Positions 44,500 to 58,318 of a DNA stretch of 64,000 nt are shown here, piece by piece. Under the pieces are notes generated by a model. That model was not told the DNA's origin, did no database searches, and worked only from the letters and a program-made list of their open reading frames with translations. The stretch's first letter is position 1, and every line of letters starts with the position of its first letter. The stretch is taken from contig OZ024742.1 of assembly GCA_964016885.1 (NCBI GenBank), positions 109,120,001 through 109,184,000 of the forward strand, given 5' to 3'. A program made the translations under genes and the position numbers. The DNA is from Eledone cirrhosa (taxonomy: Eukaryota).

Positions 44500-44870
44500 T
44501 AGACGTGTTGGATCATGGAGATGTGTGGAGTTATATGTTGCAGGTGTAAGGAGTTGTATCTTCGTGGTGTATGGGGTTGTATGCTGAAGGTGTGTGGTCT
44601 TGTATGATGGAAGTGTGTGAGCTTGTATACTGGGGTGTGGGAGGTAGTATCTTAGAGGTGTGAAGGGTTGTATCTTGGAGGTGTCGATGGTTGTGTGTTC
44701 GTGGTGCGTAGAGTTGTATTTTGGATTGTGTGGATTTGTATGCTGGAGAAGTGTGTGGTTGTGTATTGGCTCTGTGTAGGGATGTGTGCTGGTAGTGTGG
44801 GGGGTTGTATGCTTGAGGTGTATCGGTGGGAGGTGTATGTTGGTGGTGTGTGAGGTTTTATCTTGGGAAA
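44500..44870. repeat. Degenerate about 23-bp GT-rich minisatellite
   Basis: Recurrent ggtgtgtggggttgtatgctgg-like units. Confidence 0.7.
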
Positions 44871-46254
44871 TGAATCAATGATGAAACTGTAAGGGGGTCT
44901 GGTATAGCGGCGTTGTATTTTGGGAGGTGAAACAATGGTGAAGTGTACATGGTTGTGTTTTATTAATTAAACTGAATGGATAAAGAAAATAGTCTGGTCA
45001 GACGGTAAGAATCACACGAATACTTCAAATACAAATACCCGTGTTTGGCATGAAGTCAAAAGGTTTGATAGGAACAGATGTTCTATAGTATAAATTGTTC
45101 TTTGATTTGTGAGATATCTATACCAGGAAAATGAATGTTTATGTCTTCACCCTTTTGGTGTCAGCAAAATAAAAGAACACTTATTTATTTATCTCCAATC
45201 AACCTAGACTTTCTAGTTTTCAGAACAATCTTTGCAATTCAACAAGACAATTTAAATTTATTGACAGACTATGACTTCACTGAAATTGAATAAACTAAGT
45301 TAGAGAGTAAGACAGAACCCATTCAACTGCTGAGATTAGACAGCTTCTAAAGTAGTTTATAGAATAGATTTTCTTTTTGTTTTATGTATCAGAAATGGAA
45401 GATTATCGACTTCGTGCAAATGTTTATCACAGCCAATATAATTTGAGCGGTTTAAAAATGAGCTGCATCAATACACCTGTTTTTATTGCACATTTATCTC
45501 CCCTTTGCTAAGTTAAGTGTTCAGTTTACGACGAGACTTTCACTACCCTAGTATTAAATAGGACTTTATTAATGCGATGACTTAGTGAAGTTTGAATCAA
45601 GTGAATGTTCTGTAACTTTATTTATAGGCAACATTTTCAATGAAATATAGATTACTATACTTGGCTGTTTTATTGGTCGCATATTGCACACAACTGATAT
45701 CTGACAGGGATATATACATAGACTTTTATTAATGATAATGATGATGATATTGGCAATAATAATATCCTGAAAACTTCCTTTATAGACTCGACATGTCTAA
45801 TATAGAAAATAACGAAGGCATTATGTAATGGGTTATAGACTTATTTCCGTCGCTCAATTTAACAACACCACATGGCTCTTGGGTGCCTTTAGCGAAGCAT
45901 ACTCTGGTGCAAGCATTCGGTCCAGGCCGAATTATCGTGACACAATACGTGACAGACTGAAACGGAATAACAGGTGTATTTTATTTGATGAACTTCAATA
46001 TAGTTTCCGTCTAACCAATTTCACTGAAAAAGTTTCGGCAAAAACGAGGCAATATTAAAGACATCCAAGATGCCAAGTGGTAAGATAGAACCCGGAACCT
46101 CATGATTGCAGACCAAGCTTCTGAACAACTCAACTTTGCCCAATATAAATAGATATTATTTGCCTTACGAAAATGAAAGCTAAAAGAATCTCCAGTAACA
46201 AAACCCAACGCTGGACAGAGAGAGGGGGGGATATGTAGGTGAGAGAGAGTATAT

Positions 46255-46309
<55 letters not shown>

Positions 46310-47211
46310 AAGCAGTATTGTCTGCATCAATGCATACGACCGTACTAGAAATTACTTCTGACCTTTATAGAATCATAATTTTGAGATTCCGTTCTGGAAA
46401 GGTTAAACTTAAAGGTCACCAACAGAGTTTCAACTGAATCCATTTTCCCTTCTTTTCAATCGGTTTATCTACGTTATCGTTGAAGGAAGAATTCAGATAC
46501 GATTGCTCTCTCTTTTAAAGGATCTTATCCTAGTAACTGTTGCTAATGAACACAAATGTATATCTCTATTCTCTCCGATAGTGTTTAAAACAGGCTACAG
46601 TTGAGGACAATTACTTGCATTCAAAGTGTGCTCTCTAGCGGGAATATTATTGCATCTTCAGTTTCTAGAAAGACTACGTATCAGATAGTAGTAACAGACA
46701 TCCAAGTTGATAGTGGATGAGTATTCCATAGACACGTGTACCGTTAACATAATTCTGAGGCAGAATCGGCGAGACACAATATGTGACATGGCTGAACAGT
46801 TGGATTAGAGGTACAAACTATCCAATGGGCTTCCACGCAGTTTCTGTCTACCCAAGTTTAATTAAAACAACCTGAAGTATCGGTGGAGAGTATATCTATT
46901 TCAAGCGATGTGTCATGTACATAATTTGATCCCATAACTCTCTTGGGCGTTCTGAGAATAAACATTGGCCCCCCAGATTTTATTTTTTGGATGTCCCACA
47001 GCAATAACCAAACTCTAGATCGGTTACTACAAATGCACGAAAGAAAAAAAAGGACATGATAGTCACATTTGGAATGCTTATGATCATCGGTTTATTCGGC
47101 CGGAGCTGATTTAAGTTAAACAGCAACAGCTTCAATACTATTTGTTGGGAGTAGTACCAAATTTGAGAACAAAATTATACGAATATACATGACAATACGA
47201 GTTATATGTAT

Positions 47212-47495
47212 ATGTTGTGGATCATGGACTCGGTGATGGCTATCACATCTATACCGTGTGACCTAAGGTCGTTTAAAAGTTGGCCCTGTTTCCAGGGCAT
47301 CCCTAGTCCACGTACATTCACACTTCCAACTGGTAAATTAGCCATGTTGGTAGAAAAGAGTTGGCGAAAAAGGACGAAAAGATGCACTTACCTTTTCGTT
47401 TCTTGGAGATCGGGTTGTTCAATCTCTATTTGGGTGCTGGTTGGGGTGTTGGATTGGGTGGGGAAACATTTTAATAGGACGCAGTTAATAAATAG
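47212..47495 (-). mobile_element. Tx1-like ORF1/ORF2 junction fragment of a diverged subfamily
   Basis: MANLPVGSVNVRGLGMPWKQGQLLNDLRSHGIDVIAITE; the ORF1 part shares gggaaacatttta..ggacgcagttaat with about 63330-63360. Confidence 0.85.
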
Positions 47496-47555
47496 ATAAA
47501 TAGTTAGATATGTATGTATGTATGTAGTATGTATATATGTATATGTATATATGTA

Positions 47556-48929
47556 ATAACCCACTTTCTTGAAAGAAACAGACTGCTGAACTCCAACCAA
47601 CATGGGTTCCGTAATGGAAGGGACTGCCTAACGCAGCTCCTGCATCACTTTGATGACATTTTGAGAGCTTTGGGAGAGGGCTCCAACACTGATGTCATCT
47701 ACTTTGATTTCAGCAAGGGCTTTGACAGGGTTGATCACAAAATTCTATTGAAAAACCTATCCAACATTGGTGTCTCTCGTAAGTTACTGCAATGGATCAA
47801 GTGTTTTCTGACAGACAGAGCCCAAGATGTTGTAGTCGAAGGAGTAAAATCAGGCTCAGCCAGAGTGAGCAGTGGCGTTCCTCAAGGCACTGTTTTGGGC
47901 CCACTTCTTTTCATCATCTACATTAATGACATTCCTGACATCATCAAGCACAGCAACATAAGAATCTTTGCAGATGATTCCAAGCTCCAGAAGGTCTTCA
48001 ATGTAGTGGATGACCGGACATGACTTCAGTCAGACCTACTAGCTGTTATCCAATGGGCCGAAAAGAACAATATGCTTCGGAACGAGGATAAATTTGAGTT
48101 AATCCACTTTGGAAAAGAGGATACCCTGAAACTCCTGTACTCCCTTCCTTCAGATAAAACTCTCGTGGCATTCAACATCAGAGACCTGGGAGTAATTGTA
48201 GACAATAACATAAGCTGGGCCACTCATATCAACATCAAAGTTGACATGGCCCGCAGAATGTGTTCCTGGGTTCTCAGAACTTTCCTTTCGACATATATCC
48301 ACACTGTTATCCTTCTCTACTCCACTTTTGCCCGACTCCACCTTGAATACTGTTGTTCGCTGTGGTCTCCCCATATGAAACAAAGTATCATGAAAATTAA
48401 AGCTCCTCAAAGGTCAACCACGAAAAAGATAGATGGCATGTCAGGCCTTGACTATTGGGGTCGACTAGAAAAACTCAATCTTTATTCTCTCCAACGTCGC
48501 CGTGAGCGCTGCATCATCTGCATGATGTGGAAAATATTCCATCAGCATTGCCCAAATGATGTTGGTATCACCTTTAACGTACACCGAAGGCTTGGGCCCC
48601 GTGTTATCCGCCCACAATAAAAGTCACACCAGCATCTTATAACAACAATACGGCACAATTATTTCACCTCAATTGGCCCCCTCTCTCTTTAACATTGTAC
48701 CAAAACACATTAAAACAGAAACAGGCCCCATAAAGTTCAAGAAGTCTTTAGATAAATTCCTTCAAGAAATCCCGGATAAACCGCCTACACCCGGATATGT
48801 TTCCGTAAACAATAACTCGCTACTTGAGTAGGACATGGTGTCCAAATCCTGATTTGAAAGACTTCGCCAGGTGGTGCTATTAACTTAAACATGGCCTGGG
48901 TCAATAATGGCTGACGAAGCCTATCAAAG

Positions 48930-48931
<2 letters not shown>
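47556..48931 (+). mobile_element. CR1-group LINE 3' fragment (RT pseudogene)
   Basis: NQHGFR..CLTQLL, DFSKGFDRVDH, SGVPQGTVLGPLLF, FADDSK, LEYC..WSP, LYSLQRRRER; stop at 48021. Confidence 0.9.
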
Positions 48932-48972
<41 letters not shown>

Positions 48973-49203
48973 TACATGGATTTGATTACTTTTTAGCTTG
49001 ACAAGAAAATAAAGAGCTTATGTAGCTAGATTCTTTAGAAAAAATATTTGATAGCAATATACAATCATACATATCTATCTATGCATACATACATACATAT
49101 ATATACATATACATACTTACATAGATAAATAGATCGATCGATCTATAGATAGATAAATAGATAGCTAGATATAGATATACATATATCTATGAGTGTGTAT
49201 AAG

Positions 49204-49290
<87 letters not shown>

Positions 49291-49438
49291 TGAGAGAGAG
49301 AGAGAGAGAGAGAATAGCAAAATAGCTTGGAGTATTAGATTGGTTTAAAGTCTAGCGGCTTACTAAAAGATTTGAATATATATTGATGATAAAGAGTTAT
49401 CAGTATGAAAAATGAGTTGCCAAGATAATATATATATA

Positions 49439-49559
<121 letters not shown>

Positions 49560-49584
49560 ATGTATATATATGTATATAAATATT

Positions 49585-49667
<83 letters not shown>

Positions 49668-49999
49668 TATATATATATTATACGTATATATAAATATTTA
49701 TATATACGTATAATATCACATTATATTTTATACATGCATATATATATATATATGTGTGTGTAAAGAACAATCTCGAAAAAAAAACAAACTAAAATGAAAT
49801 AAACCAGTAAACGGTAAGAGATAATAGGAATTCGTATCTTCGAAACAAATTAAATTTGACACTTTTAAATTATCTTTCGGTATATTCTAAGACACTTACC
49901 GTTTCAACGTTGCAAAGACTCTATTCCTCGAAAGGTTATTTATGTTATACTATCACTATTGCTATTATTATTAATTTTATTATCATTCTTGTTGTTGTT

Positions 50000-50032
<33 letters not shown>

Positions 50033-50045
50033 ATTATTATTATTA

Positions 50046-50076
<31 letters not shown>

Positions 50077-50086
50077 GTTATTGTTA

Positions 50087-52762
50087 TTCCTTGAATCTCA
50101 GTCATTGATGTTGGTTAACTGGAAAGTCCGTTGGATTGAATATCAAGCCACTACCTGCAGCCTCAGATATTCAGGACGTATCGGAGGGTTCTTGCTGTTC
50201 CAAGCAAGCATGCCTTTTGAAGCGTTCCAAAAAGCGTGAAGGGGCCGATTTTCTTTAACCATCCCTGGAAACTTTTGGAGATAGTCCCCAGTGCGCCTAT
50301 GACAATCTGGATCACTTTGACTTCATGGCAGTTCCAAATCCTTTTCACCTCCCACTTTAGGTCCTGGTATCGGTTAATTTTCTCCCTCTCCTTCTCTTGC
50401 ACTCTCGTGTCGAACGGGCAGGCCACATCCACAATCAGGCACGATCTTTTTTCTTTGTCCACAACCACCAGGTCAGGTCTATTGTGTTCCAGTTTTTTGT
50501 CCGTCTGTATCCTAAAATCCCACAGCACCTTCACCTGATTGTTCTTCATCACCGCCTCTGGCCTATGCTCATACCATTTCTCAGAATGTGGTAGATTGTT
50601 TACTTTGCACAGGTGCCAGTGGATCACCCTGCCCATCACATCGTGTCTCCAGCCCTTATAGTGGGTCTGGGCTAGGTGTTTACACTCGGACACAATGTGA
50701 GCCACAGTCTCCTCTCTCTCTCCACAGATCCTGCACAGTGGGCTGGCCTCCTCCTTGTAGATATGGTGCTTCGTTTTGAGGGCCTGCTCCTGCGCAGCCA
50801 TTAGCATTCCTTCTGTAGCCTTTTTCAGGTCTCCTCTTCTCAACCAGTTCCATGTCTGTGGATCTCTAAATTCAGTTTTCTCAAAGAAGGTACTATGAAG
50901 GGGTTTTCCCTTAAGGCTGCTCTTCCTCCTTGATGTTATTTCCTCCCTGGACATCCCCTGGCCTACTGTCCCCTCCTTCAGTACAGCTCTGAGCATTGGC
51001 TCCTTACTATAGGTCACGTATTTGTATAGGTTGTTTTTCTCCATCTGAACACAGTCCTCTATGCTGATAAGACCTCTTCCACCCTCAGATCTCCTTAGGT
51101 AGAGTCTATCGACATCACTCCTCTTGTGGAACATGTTGTAGATAGTCAATAGCTTCCTAGTCTTCCTATCCATTTCTTTCTGTTCAGCAACATTCCATCT
51201 CAGAATTCCCGCACTGTACCTAATAATAGACACAGCTCGGGAATTTACTGCGCTTATGGCATTTCTGCTGTTCAGATGTGACTTCAATACGCTCCTTACT
51301 CTCCGAATGTATTCAGTTCTTAACAATTCCTTCATTTTTTTGTTCTTTATGCCATCAGCCTCCAGAACGCCCAAATATTTGTATCCTTCCTCAGAGTCAA
51401 TTTCCTTTATCATCTCACCTGTTGGTATCTGGATCCCGTTACTTCTGCTCAACCTACCCCTCTTCATCACAATGACTCCACATTTACCAATACCAAACTG
51501 CATACATATATCACTGCTGAAAATACGGACAGTGTCAACAAGCACATCCAACTCCTTCTCACTTTTCCCGAAGAGCTTAAGATCGTCCACGAAGAGGAGG
51601 TGATTGATGGTAAGCTCTCCCCTTCCCAACTTGTATCCTGCTCTCACATTTCGCAGCATAATGGTCATGGGCATCAGGGCAAGGACAAACAACAGAGGGG
51701 ACAGGCTATCTCCCTGAAAGATACCTCTCTTGATCTTCACGCTTCCCAAGGATACTCCAGTTGATGTCAACTCTGTCTCCCAGGACCCCATACTCCTGTC
51801 TGATGTTATCTGCCACCCTGAAGATCTCCAGGCTTTTGGTGATCCAGGAATGAGGCACCATGTCAAATGCCTTTCTGTAGTCTATCCATCCCATGGCAAG
51901 ATCAGTGTGTCTCCTCCTGCAATTCCCCATTACCATCTTATCAATAAGCAACTGGTCCTTTGTACCACGTGACTTCTTTCGGCATCCTTTCTGTTCGTCC
52001 GGTAACAAGTTGTTTGTGTGGAGGTGATGGCAGATTTCCTCAGACACAATGCTCGTCAACAGTTTCCACATTACGGGCAGACATGTGATAGGTCTATAGT
52101 TGGTAGCATCATTACCCTTGATTCGGTCTTTCATTATCAGAACTGTGGTACCTTTTGTCAACCACTCTGGCACCTCACCCGACACCAAGCAGTCATTGAA
52201 CATGGCCGTCAGCTTCGGGTGGAGGGATGTTAGATGTTTAATCCAATACCCCTGCACACCATCTGGGCCTGGTGATTTCCAGTTGGTTAGTTTTTTGGCT
52301 TGCCCCTTAAGAGTTTCAACTGTGATACTCAAATCAGTCTGTTGCTGTGCCTGCTCACCGATCTCCCTCTGTACTGTCTCAATCCACCCTGCCTGGGCAT
52401 TGTGTCTAACATCCTGCTCCCATATTCCTCTCCAGAATGTTTTAGTTTGCTCCGCCCCAGGGATCAAGTCGTTGCCTCCTTCTTTGCCCTCAAGCTGTCC
52501 AAACAGCATCTTCTGGTTGTTGTCGAACATGCGGTTCTGTTTATACTGGCTGACTCTGTTCTCGTATCGCCTGATTTTTGCACTCTTTGCTACAATACGT
52601 TGCTTCAATTCCTCTATGATGATATTTAGCTTTTTACTCCTAGTTTTGTATTTTATTTCCAGTCTATTTTTAGTGCCTATGTTTTTTAGTGTCCCATTCA
52701 GTAGTGACTCAAGCTTTCCTATGTCATTTCTCATTTCCCCGATTTGCCCACTCAGTCGCTTC
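50087..52762 (-). mobile_element. R4/Dong-like RLE retrotransposon family 2, 5'-truncated, with a frameshifting deletion near 51800
   Basis: NYRPITCL, IDYRKAFD, GIFQGDSLSP, LFVDDLK, CRIC..ETVAHIVSEC, RHD, RPD..VDVACP; tail in (ATT)n at 50033-50086. Confidence 0.9.
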
Positions 52763-53723
52763 TTATTGTTCTTTGAGTCTCAGTCATTGATGTTATTTAA
52801 CTGGAAAGTTTGTTGAAATGAATATCAAGCCACTACCTGCAGCCTCAGATATTCAGGACGTATCGGAGGGTTCTTGCTGTTCCCAGCAAGCATGCCTTTT
52901 GAAGTGTTCCAAAAAGTGGGGCGGGACCAATTTTCTTTAACCATCCTTGGAAACTCTTTGAGATAGTACCTAGTGCGCCTATGACAATCGGGACCACTTT
53001 GACCTCATGGCAGTTCCAAATCCTTTTTACCTCCCACTTTAAGTCCTGGTATCGGGTAATTTTCTCCCTCTCCTTCTCTTGCACTCTCGTGTCGAATGGG
53101 CAGGCTACATCCACAATCAGGCACGATCTTTTTTCCTTGTCCAAAACCACCAGGTCAGGTCTATTGTGTTCCAGTTTCTTGTCCGTCTGTATCCTAAAAT
53201 CCCACAGCACCTTCACCTGATCGTTTTCTATCACCGACTCTGGCTTATGCTCATACCACTTCTCAGAATGTGGTAAATTGTTTACTTTGCATAGGTGCCA
53301 GTGGATAATCCTGCCCATCACATCATGTCTCCAGCCTTTATAGTGAGTCTGGGGTAGGTGTTTACACTCGGATACAATGTGAGCCACAGTCTCCTCTCTC
53401 TCTCCACAGATCCTACACAGTGGGCTAGCCTCCTCCTTGTAAATATGGTGTTTCAGCCACTTCGTTTTGAGAGCCTGCTCTTGCGCAGCCATTAGCATTC
53501 CTTCTGTAGCCTTTTTAAGGTCTCTTCTTTTCAACCAGTTCCATGTCTGTGGATCTCTAAATTCAGTTTTCTCAAAGAAGGTACTATGAAGGGATTTTTC
53601 ATGAAGGTTGCTCTTTCTCCTTGTTGTTATTTCCTCCTTGGACATCCCCTGGTCTATTGTCCTCTCCTTCAGTACAATTCTGAGCATTGGCTCCCTACTA
53701 TCAGTCAAGTATTTGTGTATCAT
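52763..53723 (-). mobile_element. Second, shorter R4/Dong family 2 copy, head-to-tail with the first
   Basis: ORF 52845-53723 is highly similar to the C-terminus of 50163-51866; same 3' UTR. Confidence 0.9.
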
Positions 53724-53728
53724 TATTA

Positions 53729-53928
53729 GGGCGGTGAATTGGCAGTATCGGTAGAGGGTTGGACGCCATGCTTTTTAGCATAGTTACGTCCCTTTACGGT
53801 TTGAGTTCAAATCCCGCCGAGGTTAACTTTGCCTTTCATCCTTACGGGGTCGATAAAATAAAGTACCAGTAATGTACTGGGTAATTGCTGGCCTTGTGCC
53901 AAAAGTAGAAACAATTATTATTATTATT
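53729..53928 (+). mobile_element. tRNA-derived SINE, full length
   Basis: gggcggtgaattggcagtatcggtag (A box), gagttcaaatcc (B box), (ATT)n tail. Confidence 0.85.
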
Positions 53929-54093
53929 TGTTCTGTCTCTTTATATTCTGTGCTCAAATCCCACCGACCTCAATTTTGCCTTTCATCCTTGGATCGACGA
54001 AAGAGAAAGTAATGAAGTCTATTTAATCGACTCTCATCGTTCCACCCCTAAATTTCTGGCCTTGTGGCAAGATTAGAAACCATTATTATTATC
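53929..54093 (+). mobile_element. Older 5'-truncated SINE of the same group
   Basis: ctcaaatccc..ttttgcctttcatcctt..ggccttgtggcaagattagaaaccattatt. Confidence 0.75.
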
Positions 54094-54099
54094 GTACAA

Positions 54100-54295
54100 G
54101 GGCGGTGGATTGGCAGTATCGGTAGAGGGTCGGACGCCATGCTTTCCAGCATAGTTACGTCCCTTTACGATCTGAGTTCAAATCCCGCCGAGGTTGACTT
54201 TGCCTTTCATCCTTACGGGGTCTATAAAATAAAGTACCAGTAATGTACTGGGTAATTGCTGGCCTTGTGCCTAAAGTAGAAACAATTATTATTAT
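54100..54295 (+). mobile_element. tRNA-derived SINE, full length, with target-site duplication
   Basis: Flanked by direct repeat attattattatcgtac (54082-54097 and 54285-54300). Confidence 0.88.
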
Positions 54296-54385
54296 CGTAC
54301 CGCCCTGTACCGTCCTGTGCCGTCTGTAATGTTTTTCTTGATGTCAGCCCTTGTGGCCAATAAAGAAATCATTATTATTATCGTT
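54296..54385 (+). mobile_element. About 75-bp Tx1 subfamily B 3' stub with (ATT)n tail
   Basis: Matches the reverse complement of 21284-21347 (gtaccgtcctgtgcc.tctgtaatgttttt..gatgtcagcccttgtggccaataaagaaatc). Confidence 0.85.
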
Positions 54386-54569
54386 ATTGTATGCTGTTGC
54401 CTTTGAAGGAATTCATGTTTAATTCTTGTCTCCAAATGTTGCAATTATTATCGAAAGTTTTCCATTTTTAGGGATTTGTTTTTTGCTTTCATTTTTGTTG
54501 CTGAACCGACTTTGGCCCTAAAAGACTACTCGGTTCCTTTTGTTTCTCTATATGGAAGAAAGACAACTC

Positions 54570-54718
54570 TTATAACTTTTGGAATGTAAAATAGTGAATT
54601 CTAGGAAACTGGTAAAGGTCTGAATCGTCGGTGACATGAAAGAATTCATAGAGAGCTCGATGAGGCCAGTTGTCGCTAAAAGCGAATTCATTTAATGTTT
54701 CGGGCTTTTGTACTTCAT
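54570..54718 (-). CDS. Possible host-gene exon, product unknown
   Basis: Strong acceptor ttttttctccttctttctcctttccAG followed by an open frame EVQKPETLNEFAFSDNWPHRALYEFFHVTDDSDLYQFPRIHYFTFQKL*. Confidence 0.35.
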
Positions 54719-55316
54719 CTGGAAAGGAGAAAGAAGGAGAAAAAATTTAGCTTATTTAAACTTCCTAGGATCTTTTTCGATTCTACTAGATTGGTGAAAT
54801 TCCGGCGGTTTACACTTCGATTATCATATGTTTAATGAAATACACTGTATCAATAAAATTTGAACGAAAATTTGGAGAGATTTAGCAAAGTAACTAATTT
54901 TCCCATTATCAATCTGATGTTTGGAATATTACTTAACAAAATATTTTTACATAAAATTATGACGGAAGGTTTAAATGTTAACATGAACACTTTAAAATGG
55001 GCAGTTTTGTATTATAGACCCAGGGGCGATTTCAGCAGGGTTGGTATCAAAAGTGTTAATATTCAACCCGAGACTCTCGAGGTCAATGTCCCAAGACAAA
55101 AAATAATTAAATAAATAAAATGAAATGGAATGTACAGAGAAGCCAACGAAGGCATAGAAACTCTTTTCTGGTAGCAGCGGTTCTAATGTGATAATAATTC
55201 TCATCATAAATCAGGCCACATCAATAACAGAATGATTTAACAAACACCAAACATCGTATTTAGTATATATAAATAAATATATACATATACACACACACAC
55301 ATACACACGCACACGT

Positions 55317-55383
<67 letters not shown>

Positions 55384-55492
55384 CACAATGATATACATTC
55401 TTATGTTCAAATAGATGTTTCATCATTTGTATGTTTGTATATATGTGTACACGTGCATACAGAGACACGACAAGATTACACATGCAGACACT

Positions 55493-55529
<37 letters not shown>

Positions 55530-55533
55530 ACGC

Positions 55534-55568
<35 letters not shown>

Positions 55569-55685
55569 TGTGTGTGAATTCTGCCATAAGTAAATACATA
55601 TATATATATATTCAGGCACGTATTCAATATGGTTGAGCATCTACATGTACAAGATGTCAATAGATAATTTTCTTTTAAGCCGAAT

Positions 55686-55793
<108 letters not shown>

Positions 55794-55889
55794 ATATATA
55801 TGTAGTTAACTAGCTAGATATATACACAGGCACAGACGTCTTTGTGTGTGTATATGTGTGTGCATGTGTGTGTAAGCCTATGCGTCTAC

Positions 55890-55953
<64 letters not shown>

Positions 55954-56026
55954 AAGGAAACAGCTTGCCATAAGGAGGCATACGCATTATTCTTTTACTT
56001 TTATCGAAGATGCAGGTGATTTGGGT

Positions 56027-56540
56027 CATCACTACCACCATTATCATCATCACTACCACCATCATCATCACTACCACCATTATCATCATCACTACCATCA
56101 TCATCATCACTACCACCATCATCATCACTACCACCATTATCATCATCACTACCATCATCATCATCACTACCACCATCATCATCATCATCATCATCATCAT
56201 CATTATTATTATTATTATTATCATCATCCTCATCAATAACAACAACTACATCAACCATAAAAACCACATCACCACCAACAATAACAACTGCCATATCAAT
56301 AACAACAACAGCCACTACAACAATAACAACGGTGACAACAACAATATCAGTAACAACGAACGCAATGTCAATGACAACAATAACTACATCAATAACCACA
56401 ACAACAGCAACCCCATCAACAATAACAACAACAACGACAACAACAACAACAACAACAACAGTTTCAACAACTACATCAATAACAACAAACAAACCCAATA
56501 ACAACAACAATCACAGCAGCAGCAACAACAACCACAACAT
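56027..56540. repeat. (CAT/CAC)n and (AAC)n low-complexity tract
   Basis: Direct inspection. Confidence 0.9.
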
Positions 56541-57840
56541 AAGAAAGGGAAAGAATGGGGGAAGTTGTTTGGTAAATGTTCAGTAGAATCACGAGTTTGG
56601 CAGAATGTCTAAAGACTAATTGACTCCAGAAAGCACCAGTAGATGGAGCTGGTTGCTGAAGGTGAGGGAAGAGATAGTGTGGAGTAAAACGGACGTGTAG
56701 GAGGTAATAGGGAGAGTGTGGCAGTAAGACGGATGTGTGGGAGTTAGGGGGAGTAGGACTAAGACGGGCGTGACCGCCATTGATAATTTACCTTCTTCAT
56801 TGAATTCCCTTTCTTTTGGTCATGGTGACGACGTTGGTGCTGTGTGTAATTGTGATGGCAGTGGTGGTTGTATATGTGGTGGTGGTGATATGTAGGTGAT
56901 GTATGGTGGCCGTGGTGGTAGTGATGTTATAATGGCGGTAGTGGCATTTGTAAGGGTGTTGATGCTGACGTTGTAATGCTGGTGCTGTTGACGTTGTAAT
57001 GGTGGAAGTCATGACTGCATGTATGGTGGTTATTATGGCTGTTCTTGTTGTTATGGTCATTACTGTTGTTATTGTAATGGTTGTTGCTGCTGTTGTTGTT
57101 GTTTTTGTCTCAGTCCATTCCTGATTGAGACTGACCTAGTATCAACGGTGTTCCAGACTTGATTATCGCTTTTTGTTATTTTTCAGGTATAGTATATCTA
57201 GGACTACGCTAGCAGTAGTAATCATGGAAGTGTTAGTGTGAATAGTATTGTTATATATTGTAGCTGAAGTAAAAAAGGAAATTAAATTTACAGCTCACAC
57301 GTATATAGGTTTAGCTGGCTTTCTTCGAGGCTGCATCTCATAGGAGATTTCTGGGGGGGGGGGGTTAAACATAGGATCACCAGTATTATTACACACACAC
57401 ACAAACATGCAGCCGCACACTTAACCATACACACGAAGACACATACACACACACATATCATATCCTAATAGACATCACACCGCCCGACCTGTTTTCCCCT
57501 ATTCTCCCTTCTTACATGTTCTACGCCTCAGTGTCCTTCTTTGTCACGTTGGACAACAATCCTTATTCTTTACTGTTTTACTATTTCTCTCCTTTCTATA
57601 TTTTTCTCCTTTGGCTAAGCGTCTATATTTGTGTAACTTGCCTAAAGGCATAACTTGTCTCTACTTGTTTTGTTGTGTCCCAATGTGCATTTGAATGAAC
57701 GGTATCGACCTAAATGAACCGAAACCGTAGTGATTTCCAGAGGTTGACTGAGGAGATGGGACTGTCCGTCTTTCAGTTGTTTTCTTCCATTGTCTGTGAC
57801 CTGTGCGTTCCCTATGTTGAATATATATATATATATATAT

Positions 57841-58236
57841 ATAATATGTTGAGAAGGTAACACACCTCCGTCTCTCAGAGGCCACTGGTTCACTGCCCTT
57901 AAACACGCTGTGACTTCTCTCTCCCACGTGTAGCTGGACAGTCAATTGTAAAATTCTCTTAGTGTTGTCTGAAATGTATGGCCTTACACACGCTGATGAA
58001 CCGAGACTAGACCATTTCTTTCAACAAATTTTCTGGTGAAACATATCTTTGGATTTGTACGTGTATTATATAGTTATAAAGGTATTTATTTACGCTTTAA
58101 TTTATATTTTTAATTATCGTGTCTATAGTCTGCCTTTCATAGGTTATAGATTCCATACACTGGTGGGTTTTTTCCCTGTATTATTGATAACGCACTATAT
58201 ATCTCTCTCTGGTGTGTTACCTTCTCAACATATTAT
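57841..58236. mobile_element. Small element with 26-bp inverted repeats enclosing a hammerhead motif, between (TA)n tracts
   Basis: ataatatgttgagaaggtaacacacc (57841-57866) and its perfect reverse complement (58211-58236). Confidence 0.7.
57988..58064 (+). ncRNA. Type I hammerhead ribozyme candidate with complete core
   Basis: acacg-CTGATGA-acc...ggt-GAA-acatatc-tttg-gatttgt-A-cgtgt. Stems I, II and III all pair (one mismatch in III); GUA cleavage triplet. Confidence 0.7.
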
Positions 58237-58318
58237 ATTTTAAAGGGCTCAGGATCTCTTCCCCTTTGAGCACATTATTTACAGGGAATAACGACGGCCT
58301 ATGCCTCCGTTAATTTAT

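Noticed and set aside
53729-53820. tRNA gene
   Set aside because: A and B boxes are present but there is no cloverleaf; it is a SINE head.
54992-55207. 71-aa ORF as a host exon
   Set aside because: Its C-terminal third derives from the repeat family also seen at 4124; no clear splice sites.
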